From Neoconidiobolus thromboides FSU 785 (Eukaryota; Fungi; Entomophthoromycota), in contig MU626392.1 of NCBI GenBank assembly GCA_025603075.1, positions 1-56,498 of the forward strand: a DNA stretch of 56,498 nt, written 5' to 3'. Below, piece by piece: positions 14,293 to 25,783 of the stretch. Numbering within the stretch: position 1 is the first letter of the stretch; each line of letters begins with the position of its first letter. The notes under the pieces are model-generated. The model saw only the letters and a list, made by a program, of their open reading frames with translations, was not told where the DNA came from and did not search any database. The position numbers were made by a program, and so were the translations under genes.

Positions 14293-15303
14293 TTAAGATA
14301 AAGGAATGATTCTATTATGTTGTAAATAAGATTTGAACATTAAGCTAAAATCTTTATAATCGGTTTGATCTGATTTTAAGCTGATGATGGAAGAGGAGCG
14401 AGAAGATTGGGTAGTAGTACCACTACTGTTGCTATCTAAAAATAGGTTGCATTCAATAGTTCCCGGTGTGCACATAGTATGGGAATAAGCAATCGAATTT
14501 GAACGTATCATCGGTAGATAGCTGACAGAGTTGGATCTCAGCGGCTGAGTGTATGAGATGGAGTTGGAGCGGGCATTATGATTCAAGGTGGTGGGAACAG
14601 GATTATTTAATGAAGTATTACTATTGTTATTATTTTTATTATGTAAACTTGTGTTAAACAAATTATATCCATTTAACTCTTTTTTGTAATTTGAGGGTAA
14701 ATAAGTATTGATGGGCAGACTTCGTTTACGTTTTAAATAGTTAGTTGATTTTAATTTCATACCTTGATTCGAAAGCAGATCATTTAATTTAGTATTATAG
14801 TTATAGCGTAAATTTAATTGATTGTTTAATATTAATTGAAATTTAGGGGTACATATACTGCTTAATTGATAGTTTACATCGTCCATTATATGATATAAGG
14901 TAAACTTTAGTTGATATGTATAATTGTGTTGCATTTCTTTGCTCAAATTAGTAAGTGTAAGATCATTAAATAAGAATAATCCGATCATCTCTTGGTTGAA
15001 ATCTTTTAGCTTGTAAATGCTTTGGTTTAATGTACCACTTAATTTGATATTTTTGTCATTTGTTATTAAAGATACGTTGATATAAAGGTAAGGACTAATT
15101 AAATAATCATCGTTGTTATTATTTAATGTATAGTTATCACTGTTATTGGTACTATTATTATTACTACTATTACTATCAATAATATCGCTATTATCTACTA
15201 TAAGTTGTATAATAGGAGTAGGTTCAATGATTTTTTTATCAACCTTAGACTGATAATAGATATCACTATTAGATTGTCTAAGGATTAATTTAAAATTCTT
15301 CAT
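14293..15303 (-). CDS. Velvet-domain protein (divergent)
   Basis: FKLILRQ...DKKIIEPTPIIQL, LSGTLNQSIYKLKD...GLFLFNDL, YQLKFTL...ICTPKF match the velvet pattern (LxVRQ..DRRPIDPPPIVQL; L.G....S...L.D....G.FF.F.DL; F.LKF.L...S..F). Followed by a low-complexity N/S tail. Confidence 0.75.
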   Translation of the reverse strand: MKNFKLILRQSNSDIYYQSKVDKKIIEPTPIIQLIVDNSDIIDSNSSNNNSTNNSDNYTLNNNNDDYLISPYLYINVSLITNDKNIKLSGTLNQSIYKLKDFNQEMIGLFLFNDLTLTNLSKEMQHNYTYQLKFTLYHIMDDVNYQLSSICTPKFQLILNNQLNLRYNYNTKLNDLLSNQGMKLKSTNYLKRKRSLPINTYLPSNYKKELNGYNLFNTSLHNKNNNNSNTSLNNPVPTTLNHNARSNSISYTQPLRSNSVSYLPMIRSNSIAYSHTMCTPGTIECNLFLDSNSSGTTTQSSRSSSIISLKSDQTDYKDFSLMFKSYLQHNRIIPLS

Positions 15304-18300
15304 TTTGTTTACTATAAGAAAAATAAAAGTATAATAAAATTTAATTTGAACTTCTCAACAAGTTTTTTAGATGTATTTATATACGTTTATTTTATGCTTA
15401 TTATCAATAGTATTATTAATTTACAATAGTTTAATATAAGAAGGAGGTTAAGTTTTTGTTTAATATTTATGCCATAATGTTAGATTCTTTATTATACATT
15501 GGTAAACTTTCGAATATCTTGAATGGTAACTAATTAATGCTATAATTCTATTCCAATTCCCATTTATTCATTTAATGATATCACCACCGCCAATACATTT
15601 TTAATAATAGTCTTAATATGTAATCTATTACGCTATACTCTTATACTATTATATTATCATTATAACATATATAATGTATATAACAGGACATTATATCATT
15701 ATAAAAATACATATCTATACATTTATATAATAAATGATAAATAATAAATAATAAATAATAAACAATTATTGATTTTCTATTTGAATAATAATTAATTTAC
15801 CTTAACTTTCAATAATAAAAGAAAGAGTATTAAGGTGAAACTTGGTTTTATTAATGGACCAAATTATATTGAAATAAACAAAGAATTATAAAAGCTACAA
15901 ATAATAATAAAATATTATAATTAATTAGCATTTATTATTAACTTAAATAATAAAATACCAATAAATTAAGTTTTAGATGATTTCTATTAGGTATCCGATT
16001 GTTTTAGTTGTTAATTTAAAAATTAAATTCTTTTTTTTTATGAATAAAAAATAAATGAATTTAAAACCTAAAAATAGTTTTAAAGATTTATTTATTATAA
16101 ATAATAATACTTATTTTTTATAAATCTTTTATATCACTTTACCTTATAAATTTTTTAAAATATTATAATTTTCAATATATCAAAATCGGAAAAATGTTGA
16201 ACCTAGGAGTAAAATTACCCCATATTAAAAAGTAAGATAAATATTAATAGTATGAAATTAAAAGGTATCTTTTTGTATCTAAAAAATTGATTAAACAGCT
16301 TAACAATATATAAAAGGTAGAATAAATAAAACTTGTTCTTTATTTTTTACTCTTATAGGCCAAAGCTCTGAGTGTTTTATTAGGTAAAACAAAACAAAAC
16401 AAAATAAGATAAAATACTTAAGCCAGTGAAATTAAAGAGCTAAGCCATTAAGAGGAACCACCTGGTAAAGTAAGAAGGAAGTCCAAGACTTGCCTACCTT
16501 TGGTACAAAGCTCATTCTTGAAACTTTATTTGAAAAAAGAATTCAAGATTAGTTCACTTACATTTTACAAATATTTTTTAAATCAAATTGAGAAAAATTG
16601 CTTTAAATTTCATTTACACCTTATAAATTCATTCTATATTAAAAAAGTAATTACACTTCCACATACCAACTTTTAAATTCCTGCTACTCTTATTTTGAAC
16701 AATAAAAATTCAAGCATTGCTTTAATTTAGCTACCAGAAATTGCTAATTTTAACTTTATTTAAAAAAGCCTTTAATTTTTATATGAGAATTGTTTTTGAG
16801 TGAGATTAGTAAACCTCCATTTTTAATAAAATAATCGTTTGGGTTTTTGGAATTGGGTAGTTTCTTCTTATAGTTGAAAAAATAAAGTTTAAATAAAATT
16901 TTTAATGAACGAATTTAAAAAAATTACCCACCCTAATCCTAACCCCAACCTCAATTCTGATCTTAATCTTTACAATGAAAACTGGTCTGTAAGAAATATG
17001 GTTTTATCAAAATAATCTCTTAATCAAGGATGAAACCAGGTTATTCTCCTCTTTTTTTTTGTTTCCTTTAAATGTATTGTAGATATCTTTGAAACAAACA
17101 TTAAAGCTATAGAAGTAAAGCCTCTATTAGGCTTTAAAAAATTTAGTAAGCTATTATATTTCCGCCCTTTTGAATTTTCTAATGATAGTTGGTCTATATA
17201 TAATATACTTTCAGTTAACGATGAAACTAAATTAACACCTGCCCCTTCCATTTCCTCTATCTAAATTGTAGCTTGTATGAAATAGACTGAAATTATTAAA
17301 TAAAACCATTGTCAGTTTAGAGAAGTAAGAAATTAAACCTTTTTACCCCCTTAACACATATAATAACAATCACACTATGGGTAATATACTTTTATTTCAT
17401 TTATCTTTTAGCAAATAATGAAGTTAAATTATTTGCTAATTTTATATAAACTTTTTATATAAATTATAATTAATCCGATTTTAGATTTGTTAGGATTTAT
17501 ATGAAAATCACAAATGAAACATTCGTATCCCTATAACATTTATGATGATAGTTACACTGTGGATAAAATACTTTGGTTAAACTAATCCCTTAGCCAAGAA
17601 TGAAGTTTAAATATTTTCCAAGACTTGTTCTAATTTCTTTATCTAGACTGTAGTTTTTATTAGACGAGTTCTAAAGTTATTGAAACAGTATATTTGTTAG
17701 ATATAAAAAGAAATTTCTAAAGTTAGTATGCTCATTCCAATGCTATGTCACCTTTTTTATGCATCCTCTTCGACATTCATGCTGCTCAAAAGTATGATAA
17801 CAACTCCGCTATAGATAATATCCTTTTATTGCAATAAGCTTTAACCATCTATAGAATTCAGATAATTTCCACATCTTTAATTTATCTAACTATATTTATG
17901 TGAAATAAACCCTAAACTTATTAAGTAGAAACATATTAAGCTTAAAAGAATAATTCTATATTAAACATTCATATCCTTTAACCTTTATGATAATATCTTG
18001 TCTATAAATAATATACTTTCAGCTAATAGCTAAACGAGACTATTTTCCAAATATTCTTCCATTTTCTTTATATGGACTATAGTTTTTGTTAAATAAAGCT
18101 TAAGATTATCAAAGTGGAACCTTTATTGGACTTAAAAAGGGATTATGACTTCAAGTTATTGTCTCCAATTTATGGTTTTGATTTTTGCAGTTTCTTTTAT
18201 GTTTATAGCCTCAAACCTTTATTATAGCAACTAATCTATAAGCAGTATACGCTTGCCATAACAAACTCTTAACCAATAATAAAACTGAGTTAATTTTCAA

Positions 18301-18409
18301 AACTTCTTTTAGTTCCTTTATATAGACTATAGTTTATATAAAATAAACCTCAAAATTTTTAAATAAAATTTTCATTAGGTTGAAAAAAGGGATATTAATT
18401 TAAAATTGT

Positions 18410-18507
18410 GAGAACGTATTTTTGTGTTTAACAATTTTACTAACAATTTTTCCACTCAAATAGCGCTTATAGCATGGAAAAAGTGATGAAGCTAAAAAAA
18501 CACCCTC
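18410..18507 (+). mobile_element. MITE copy, left end and TSD degenerate
   Basis: GAGAACG...CACCCTC; core CACTCAAATAGCGCTTA; flanks TTGT/ATAT. Confidence 0.85.
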
Positions 18508-18798
18508 ATATCCTTTTGGCTTTTGTAATAGTAATCACACTATAAGTGATATACCTTTATTACACTAAACTTCTAGCTAATAAAAAAGTTAAATTGTCTT
18601 TCAATTTTCCTTTTGGTTTCTTTACCTAGACTATAATTAATACAAGATAAAACTTAGTTATTAGAATAAGACTTTTGTACGTGTTAAAAAAAAGCTTAAA
18701 CAAATAGCTGATTGTTTTGAACTTATAGTTACAATGAAATGGCTTAAATTTCATCCTTTTGCTGATTTATGTTCTATTTGATCTTTAATACAGAATAT

Positions 18799-18893
18799 GG
18801 GGATGTATTTTTTTTAGGAATTTTACCAATAATCTTTCCACTCAAATAGCGCTTAAAGAATGGAAAAAAATAATGGAATCAAAAAAACCCTGC
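18799..18893 (+). mobile_element. MITE copy, right end degenerate
   Basis: ATAT-GGGGATG start; core CACTCAAATAGCGCTTAAAG. Confidence 0.85.
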
Positions 18894-19481
18894 TATATAT
18901 TAAATAACTAAGCTTTAAATCCTAGGTCTAAAATTTTATCTGATTTAACTTATTAAGTTATAAAATTAAAGCTTTTACATTTTATATAAAGCTATATTAA
19001 TTTATATGATAAGTTATTTTGATACAAATTTAAAATAAGATAAACAGGAAATTGCAATATTGAAAAAAATAAAGTAATATTTAAGATGTTAATATAAATG
19101 CTATTTTTAATTTTTAATTTTTAGTTTTTAATTTTTAACTTAAACTTTTTTATATAGGACTATATTTTTCTGTTTAAAAATGCTTATATAAATTGTAAAT
19201 ATTTTATATTTATAAAAAATAACTGAATAAAATACTATTTAAGCTGTTCAACTATTATCTTTTATTATATATACTTTTAATATAGAATATAATTAAATCA
19301 AATTGTAATAAAATTGGCTTCAAAGATATAATCCCTTAGAAAAAAGAAGTTGAAGCTATCTACGGTGTCTAATTTGATTGGCTTTCAAAGGATTGATCGA
19401 ACAAATTGAAATAAGATTTCTAAATAAAATTGCAAAATCAGAAACTAAAATTCAAAAACTTTTAATCAAACAATCTATCTA

Positions 19482-20501
19482 ATGTCGATTCTAAGTCCAA
19501 AAAGCAATTCATTATCAAGTGAGTTATCATATAACAATAATCAATCAAATAAAACTATGGAAGAGTCGTTAAGTCCAACTAACAATAAACATTCTATTTC
19601 AAATAGAAATGCCATCCAATCAATTTCAATTATGGAACTTAATTCCCCTTCGATTGAACTAAAAGATTATGATAATTTATTTAAATTTAATTTGAGAGAA
19701 TTAAAGCAAGAACCAGAGAAATTAAAGAAATCAATAGAGCAATTGAAACAACAGAAAATTAATATTATACAAAAAGAATATGAATTTTTATTATTATCAA
19801 AACAAACTGTAGATAATAGTGTCCTTGATTTATTTGATTTAAAATATAATGTAGATAATGAGGTAACGAATAATATTTTAAATTTAAGTAAAAGTATTAC
19901 TGGATTTACGACTAAAATTGAGGAGTTAAAAAAAAGGAAGGAAGGGGTTAATTTAATACAAAAAAATAATGAGTTATTAATTCAGCTAATGGAATTACCG
20001 CAGATAACAAATACCCTAGTTACTCAAAAGCAATTTAAAGAAGCATTAAATTGTTATCAATCAATGAAGAAAATAAAAAATCATTTACATTTTCAAGGGC
20101 TAGAACAGAACAATATAATAGAAATAATAGAAACACAAATGGAACAAAGTATTAATAAAATGATAGTTGAATTATTAAGATTATTAAAGAATGAAAAATT
20201 GAATTTAAAACAAGTCTTAATCTACATAGACTATTTAAATCAAATGGATACTTTTAACATTGAGAGTTTACAATATTTATTTTTAAATTGTCGATTAGAA
20301 TGTTTTAAAAGTAAATTACAAAACATTGATTTAGATTGGAATAATAATGAAGAGTTTACTTGTAAAGAATTTATCAAATTAATTGAATTATCTACTGAAT
20401 TTATTAATGAATTAAATCAACATTATAAAGCAGCATTTCCGAATTTTAAAAGTAATAGTATAATTAATACTAATAATGATATAATTAATAATAATAATGA
20501 T

Positions 20502-20582
<81 letters not shown>

Positions 20583-21344
20583 CAATCTATTAACTTATAT
20601 TATAATTTAATTCAATATAATATTATTAATCCATTAATAATACAATATAAAATAATATTAAAAAAAATACAGAATCCTAATTTAATAATAGGATTATTAA
20701 ATCAAACTATAATATCAGGTAATCTATTAACTAAAATAGGATGGGATTATCGATTATTAATAATAAATGAATTTGAATCAAATACATTAAATTTGTTTAA
20801 TAATAAAATAACAACTATTACTCAACAATTATTACAATTATTAGATAATCATCAATTTCAATTATATTTATTATTATTGAATAAACAACAATTAAATAAT
20901 TTTAATATTAATCAAAGCCCAACTGAATATTATTATAATTCAATAAAACAATATAATAATAGTAATTTTAATCCACCAATAGAATTAAAACAATTTCCAC
21001 CATTTGCTAACTATATTAATCAACTATTATTATTATTTAATCAATTAAGAAACCTAGCATTTTATAATAACAGTCAATTATTATTAGACCATTTATTAAG
21101 TGAATTAAAATTAATAACAATTAAATTACAATTTAATCAACCAAAACAACTATTGAAAGACAAAATATTACAATATAATTTTATAACTCAAGTTTTATTT
21201 TTAGATTTATTATTACCATATATAACTCATTCTTATATATTAAATATTTATGGAAATATTAATTTATTTACTACAACAGAACAATCTATTGATAAATTAA
21301 TTAATTTGTCAATGTTTCGTTTACTGTTACCAATATTAAAATAA
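19482..21344 (+). CDS. COG8: Conserved oligomeric Golgi complex subunit 8 (Dor1 family), intronless
   Basis: N-terminal coiled coil LRELKQEPEKL, LLIQLMELPQI...QFKEAL, L.QVLIYIDYL.QM, YLFLNCR, C-terminal PPIELKQFPPFANYINQLLLLFNQLR. Confidence 0.8.
20508..20582 (+). repeat. (AAT)25 microsatellite encoding poly-Asn within COG8
   Basis: 25 consecutive in-frame AAT codons. Confidence 0.95.
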
Positions 21345-21419
21345 TAATAATAACAATAGTATTATTATTATTATATTATTATTATTGCTATTATTATTTC
21401 TTTTACTATTCGATGATAT

Positions 21420-22895
21420 TCAATGATTATTATTTTCTAAACTACATTTATCAATTGCTTTTTTGACATTAATAATACCATATCCATATTCATTATTAGG
21501 TAAAGAATTTGATGTATCCCCACCACAACCTAATTTAGGAAAGTTAGCTGTTGCAGTTTCCCTTAATAAATTTTCAATTAACTCTACTTTTCTTTCAAGA
21601 TGTGGACAAGCAGCCATAATTAATAAAGCAGCACCTGACACATGAGGAGCTGCCATCGAAGTACCTTGAAAAGCGGAATATTTACCACCACGTATAGCAC
21701 CTGTAATATTAACTCCAGGAGCGGTAACATCAATAGCAATTTTTCTTTCTAATACTGGACCCATTGAAGAAAAACTTGGTCGATCTAATGTTAAATAGCC
21801 ATTAGCAGCTACTGAAAAAGCAGAGGGATCAATAGCAGGAGGAGAAGTCATTGATGAACAACCTAAGCTACCTTCATTACCTGCTGATACAGATAAAAAT
21901 ATACCTGCTTTTTTTAAAGCTTTCATAGCAATACCAAAGGTAGTTCTAGAACATCCTTCTTCTGGTGGACAACCATATGAATTTCCAATCACATGAGGAC
22001 GTAATTCTGGTTTTGGATTATTACCATTTAAATCAGTAGGGGCTATAAAGAATTGTAAACAGCCTAAATAAGATTCTGGAGATCCAAAATTTTGATCCAT
22101 ATTTTTACAAGCAATCCATAAAGTAGTTGGGGAAACACCAAGTCCAAATTGACCTACAACAGTTGACATTGTATGTGTACCGTGATTATTATCATCACAT
22201 GGAAATAAACTATTAATTCCACAAATACCATTTGGTCTTGTTTTATTTAATTGTTTGTTAGCATCCCACCAAGAATAATCATGACTTAATTGACCATTTT
22301 TATTACCCATATAATTAGTAAATAATGCAGGATGAGTATATTCTACTCCAGTATCTGCATTACCATAAATTAATTTACTAGCTCTTTCTAATACATTACG
22401 CTTCATTCCAGTTGCATTAATATATTTAATACTCCAATGAACACCTCCAGTCCAATCATCACTTTCAATAGCTTTAGAATTATCAATATTAGGTAAATTA
22501 CCTATTCCAGCTTTAAATTTACGATTAGTTGATATCTCTTTTATTCCTGGATAACTCATTAATTGTTCAATTAATTCAGGTTTAGCTTTGATAGCAATAG
22601 TATTGGAAATATAATAAGATTGCAAATAATTTAAGTTACCTAAACCTTGTTGTTTTTGAAGATACAATTTTAATTTTTTTTGAGATTCATTGGAATGGGA
22701 TTTTAATGTAGTAATGATGTTTTCTGGATCATTGGTAAGTGATTCTATGTTAGGGGGTGTTAATTGAATTAAACAATCTATTAATGATTCATTGTTTTTT
22801 AATTGAGATAAAACTGTAGCTGATACTTGGGCAATACTATGAATGGATGATAAAAAATAATTAAATATTATTAATATTAAAAATAAATAATTCAT
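21420..22895 (-). CDS. Secreted subtilisin-like S8 serine protease, bacillopeptidase-F-like subgroup, intronless
   Basis: Signal peptide, propeptide, catalytic Asp (NADTGV), His (HGTHTM), oxyanion Asn (AGNEG) and Ser (GTSMAAPHV). HDYSWWDA, WIACK, QFFIAPTDLNG.NP and PHVIGNSYGC are typical of BprF-like S8 enzymes. Confidence 0.93.
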   Translation of the reverse strand: MNYLFLILIIFNYFLSSIHSIAQVSATVLSQLKNNESLIDCLIQLTPPNIESLTNDPENIITTLKSHSNESQKKLKLYLQKQQGLGNLNYLQSYYISNTIAIKAKPELIEQLMSYPGIKEISTNRKFKAGIGNLPNIDNSKAIESDDWTGGVHWSIKYINATGMKRNVLERASKLIYGNADTGVEYTHPALFTNYMGNKNGQLSHDYSWWDANKQLNKTRPNGICGINSLFPCDDNNHGTHTMSTVVGQFGLGVSPTTLWIACKNMDQNFGSPESYLGCLQFFIAPTDLNGNNPKPELRPHVIGNSYGCPPEEGCSRTTFGIAMKALKKAGIFLSVSAGNEGSLGCSSMTSPPAIDPSAFSVAANGYLTLDRPSFSSMGPVLERKIAIDVTAPGVNITGAIRGGKYSAFQGTSMAAPHVSGAALLIMAACPHLERKVELIENLLRETATANFPKLGCGGDTSNSLPNNEYGYGIINVKKAIDKCSLENNNH

Positions 22896-23013
22896 GATTT
22901 AAATTGATTTATATATATAATAAAATAAAACGTTAAAATGTTAAATGTTAAAATGTTGAAATGCTTGAATGGATTTTTCTTATAACTGAAGATAAAATAA
23001 AATCAACAAAAGA

Positions 23014-23130
23014 AAATTAAAATTAAAATAATAAAAAAGATAAAAAATACTTTTAATACTAAATTAAAATTAAAATAATAAAAAAGATAAAAAATACTTT
23101 TAATACTAAATTAAAATTAAAATAATAAAA
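23014..23130. repeat. 47-bp tandem repeat, about 2.5 copies, upstream of the S8 protease
   Basis: Unit aaattaaaattaaaataataaaaaagataaaaaatacttttaatact at 23014 and 23061 (identical), partial at 23108. Confidence 0.9.
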
Positions 23131-25192
23131 TATAAATTTAACTTGAATAAACTTATATTACCTTTATTTAAATACTATGGAGTAATACCTTACTATGACT
23201 ATATTAATATTATTTTTATCTATCTCATTCAACTCGTTTTGAATCATATTAGTATTAATTAAGTCGACTATTTTTTAATTCCCGTAATTTTTTTTAGATC
23301 ATAAAGAAATTGATTTTTTAAATATTTTTAAAATCATTACCTTGAAACTCTCTTTATTGGTCGGAACATTTTAAATTTTTTTCTATGCCAACTAAAATTA
23401 TTGGGCAAAGAAATAAAAATTTTTACCACTAAAAATGAACGTATTGAAAATTCTTATTTACTCTTTATTACATTATCAATATCAATAATGGCTTTACAAT
23501 TTATCTAATAACTTCAACTATTTAGTAAAAAAAACTCCTGGCTATCAAGGACCTTATCTCATAACTTATACTAAAAAGTTTTTAAAAACTAAGAATTCAT
23601 AAAAATCGTAAAAGTAATTAAAAATTTAAGACAATAGTTTGATTATATTATAACTATAGTAAGAAAAAAGTTTAGCAAACTGAAGCCAAAGTTTGTAAAT
23701 AATAATTCCTTCCCTTTGTTGAAATTGATTTCTTACTACAACTATGATCTAATAAAACATTTGTATCACATAAAGTTATCAACTAATTATAAGTTAAGAA
23801 CTATTAATATAGGTGAGATTTAAAGATAATTGATTTTTTTTATTACAAATCTAAAATAAATATCCAACTGTAAAGTATATCTAAAATGTTCTATTTTATT
23901 CAATAACGATATAAAAACTTTTATTTTTTTTATAAAGCTTTTAAGGCAATTAGAAATAGGAGCTATTTCAATGCTATAAAAGTTTAGTTATTTTAAATAC
24001 CATTTCACAATAAGGATAGTATCAAGCTGAATATTCGATAAAGGGATATCTTTAAAAATAGAATATATAAAAACTTATTATAAAACTTAGTATAAAACCT
24101 TATTATCATTATATTAAATTTTAAATTTAAAACCTTCTTTAAAGTCAACTAGTATATTAAAACATTTAAAAAATAAACGTTAAATGAATTTTTAAGTTTT
24201 TAAACTTGTTGACTTCGTTTATATATTCATGTATGTAGCAAGTAATATACTTTAATATTCTTCTTTTAACAGTAACCAATTTATTATACTTGATCTTTAT
24301 AACTTTATTTATATAAATATTAAATTAAAAGAATCCATTTTTTTAATTTGTTTTAGGAATCATAAATTTCATTTAAAAGGAGTAGATTGTTTAAGGTAGT
24401 GTTACATTTGTTTCACCTCTTTTACGACTTTTTTGACTGTTCATTTAAGAATTCAACTCGAGACAAATTTGATTAGAATATAAAAAATCCGAGTTAAAAA
24501 ACTCAATTCTACAAAGAATTTAATAATAAAAGTGGTCCTTAAAAAGATTATAAAAGAGTTGCAATAGCTAAAAATTGATAGTTCTAAATTTGTGTATACT
24601 GTTCTTAATAGTCAACTTCATTCTTTTTTTACCTAAAATTACTAAATCTATGCTTTCATAATTTAAGTGGAATTAGTTTACCCAAATGTTTTCTAGTTTA
24701 ATCCAATCATAATCGATTTTACTTTGAATGGTAAACAACAATGTTCAGGATAGCCTAAAGGAGGTTTATTTTGATTGGTTAAAATAATCGAAGGACCAAA
24801 CGGTTTTAGTTATAGTAGTGTTATTTTGGTTGAAATTTTATGCATTTTCACACATTTTATTTTATTTACCCACTTAAGATCAGTTGATTTTTGAAAAGAT
24901 TATAATGTTCTCATATTATAGGGGAGAAATGGCACCAATTTAGGCATTCACTCTTGAAGATTGATAATAAGATCCAATCACCCACTTGATTTCGGAGTGT
25001 AAGAATAAGTATAAGAAGGAGGATTTCCATATTAAAATTGGAACGAACAATTATTCCTTAATTACAATAACTAAAAAAATTGAAATAAATAAAACTTTAA
25101 CTTCTTACAACCAAATAGCATTGAATTGTTATTTTCAAATTTTCATTTTTTGCTTTTCTTTAATTATTAACTAGCGACTTTAATTTTCAATA

Positions 25193-25783
25193 ATGACTGA
25201 TAAAGGGAAAAGATCATTATCTTCTTTCTTTCGCCTTCCTAAAATTCCAGTCAAGAATTTATTCATTCAAGAGAACAAAGGGTTTATCTCATATTCAATT
25301 ACCAAGCAGGGTAAGAGTTGGGAAGTTAAGGATTCCGTTGGATGTCAATTATTTTGGATTGAACTTGAAACTGAAAATGGTACAGGTAACGCAGCGGAAA
25401 TGGTGGGTATATTTGGGGAACAATTGGCCATCCTTAGGAGATCCGGTTCAATGGAAAATACATTTAAACTAAGTTTTATTGATACACCAGAGATTGTAAG
25501 TATAACTATTGATTGTGGTTCCGATATGACCAATATAAAAAAGGTACGTTTTGAAACAGTAACGAAAGATGCTTCAGAGAAGGAAACCGTTCGGAATTAT
25601 GCTTGGGAAGCTACCTCTGCTTCCACTTGGAATTTATCCCTTAAAGGAGAATCAAAGATACAGGGAGGTTTTATTAAGCACAATGATACTTCAGCTACAA
25701 TTAATTTCCCACTTGAGTTAGCTGCCGAAGAAATTGCCATTTTTAGTTTTGCCATTTCTTTTGCTACCTGTTCTAAGTTTTAA
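25193..25783 (+). CDS. Hypothetical protein, possible Tubby-C/LURP-one-like fold
   Basis: 196-aa single-exon ORF with GC above background; beta-rich pattern, RNYAW motif, C-terminal hydrophobic helix. Confidence 0.65.
   Translation: MTDKGKRSLSSFFRLPKIPVKNLFIQENKGFISYSITKQGKSWEVKDSVGCQLFWIELETENGTGNAAEMVGIFGEQLAILRRSGSMENTFKLSFIDTPEIVSITIDCGSDMTNIKKVRFETVTKDASEKETVRNYAWEATSASTWNLSLKGESKIQGGFIKHNDTSATINFPLELAAEEIAIFSFAISFATCSKF

Noticed and set aside
17024-17251. KKRRITWFHP resembling Penelope-like or Harbinger motifs
   Set aside because: No downstream RT, GIY-YIG or DDE motifs could be found; the match is too short.
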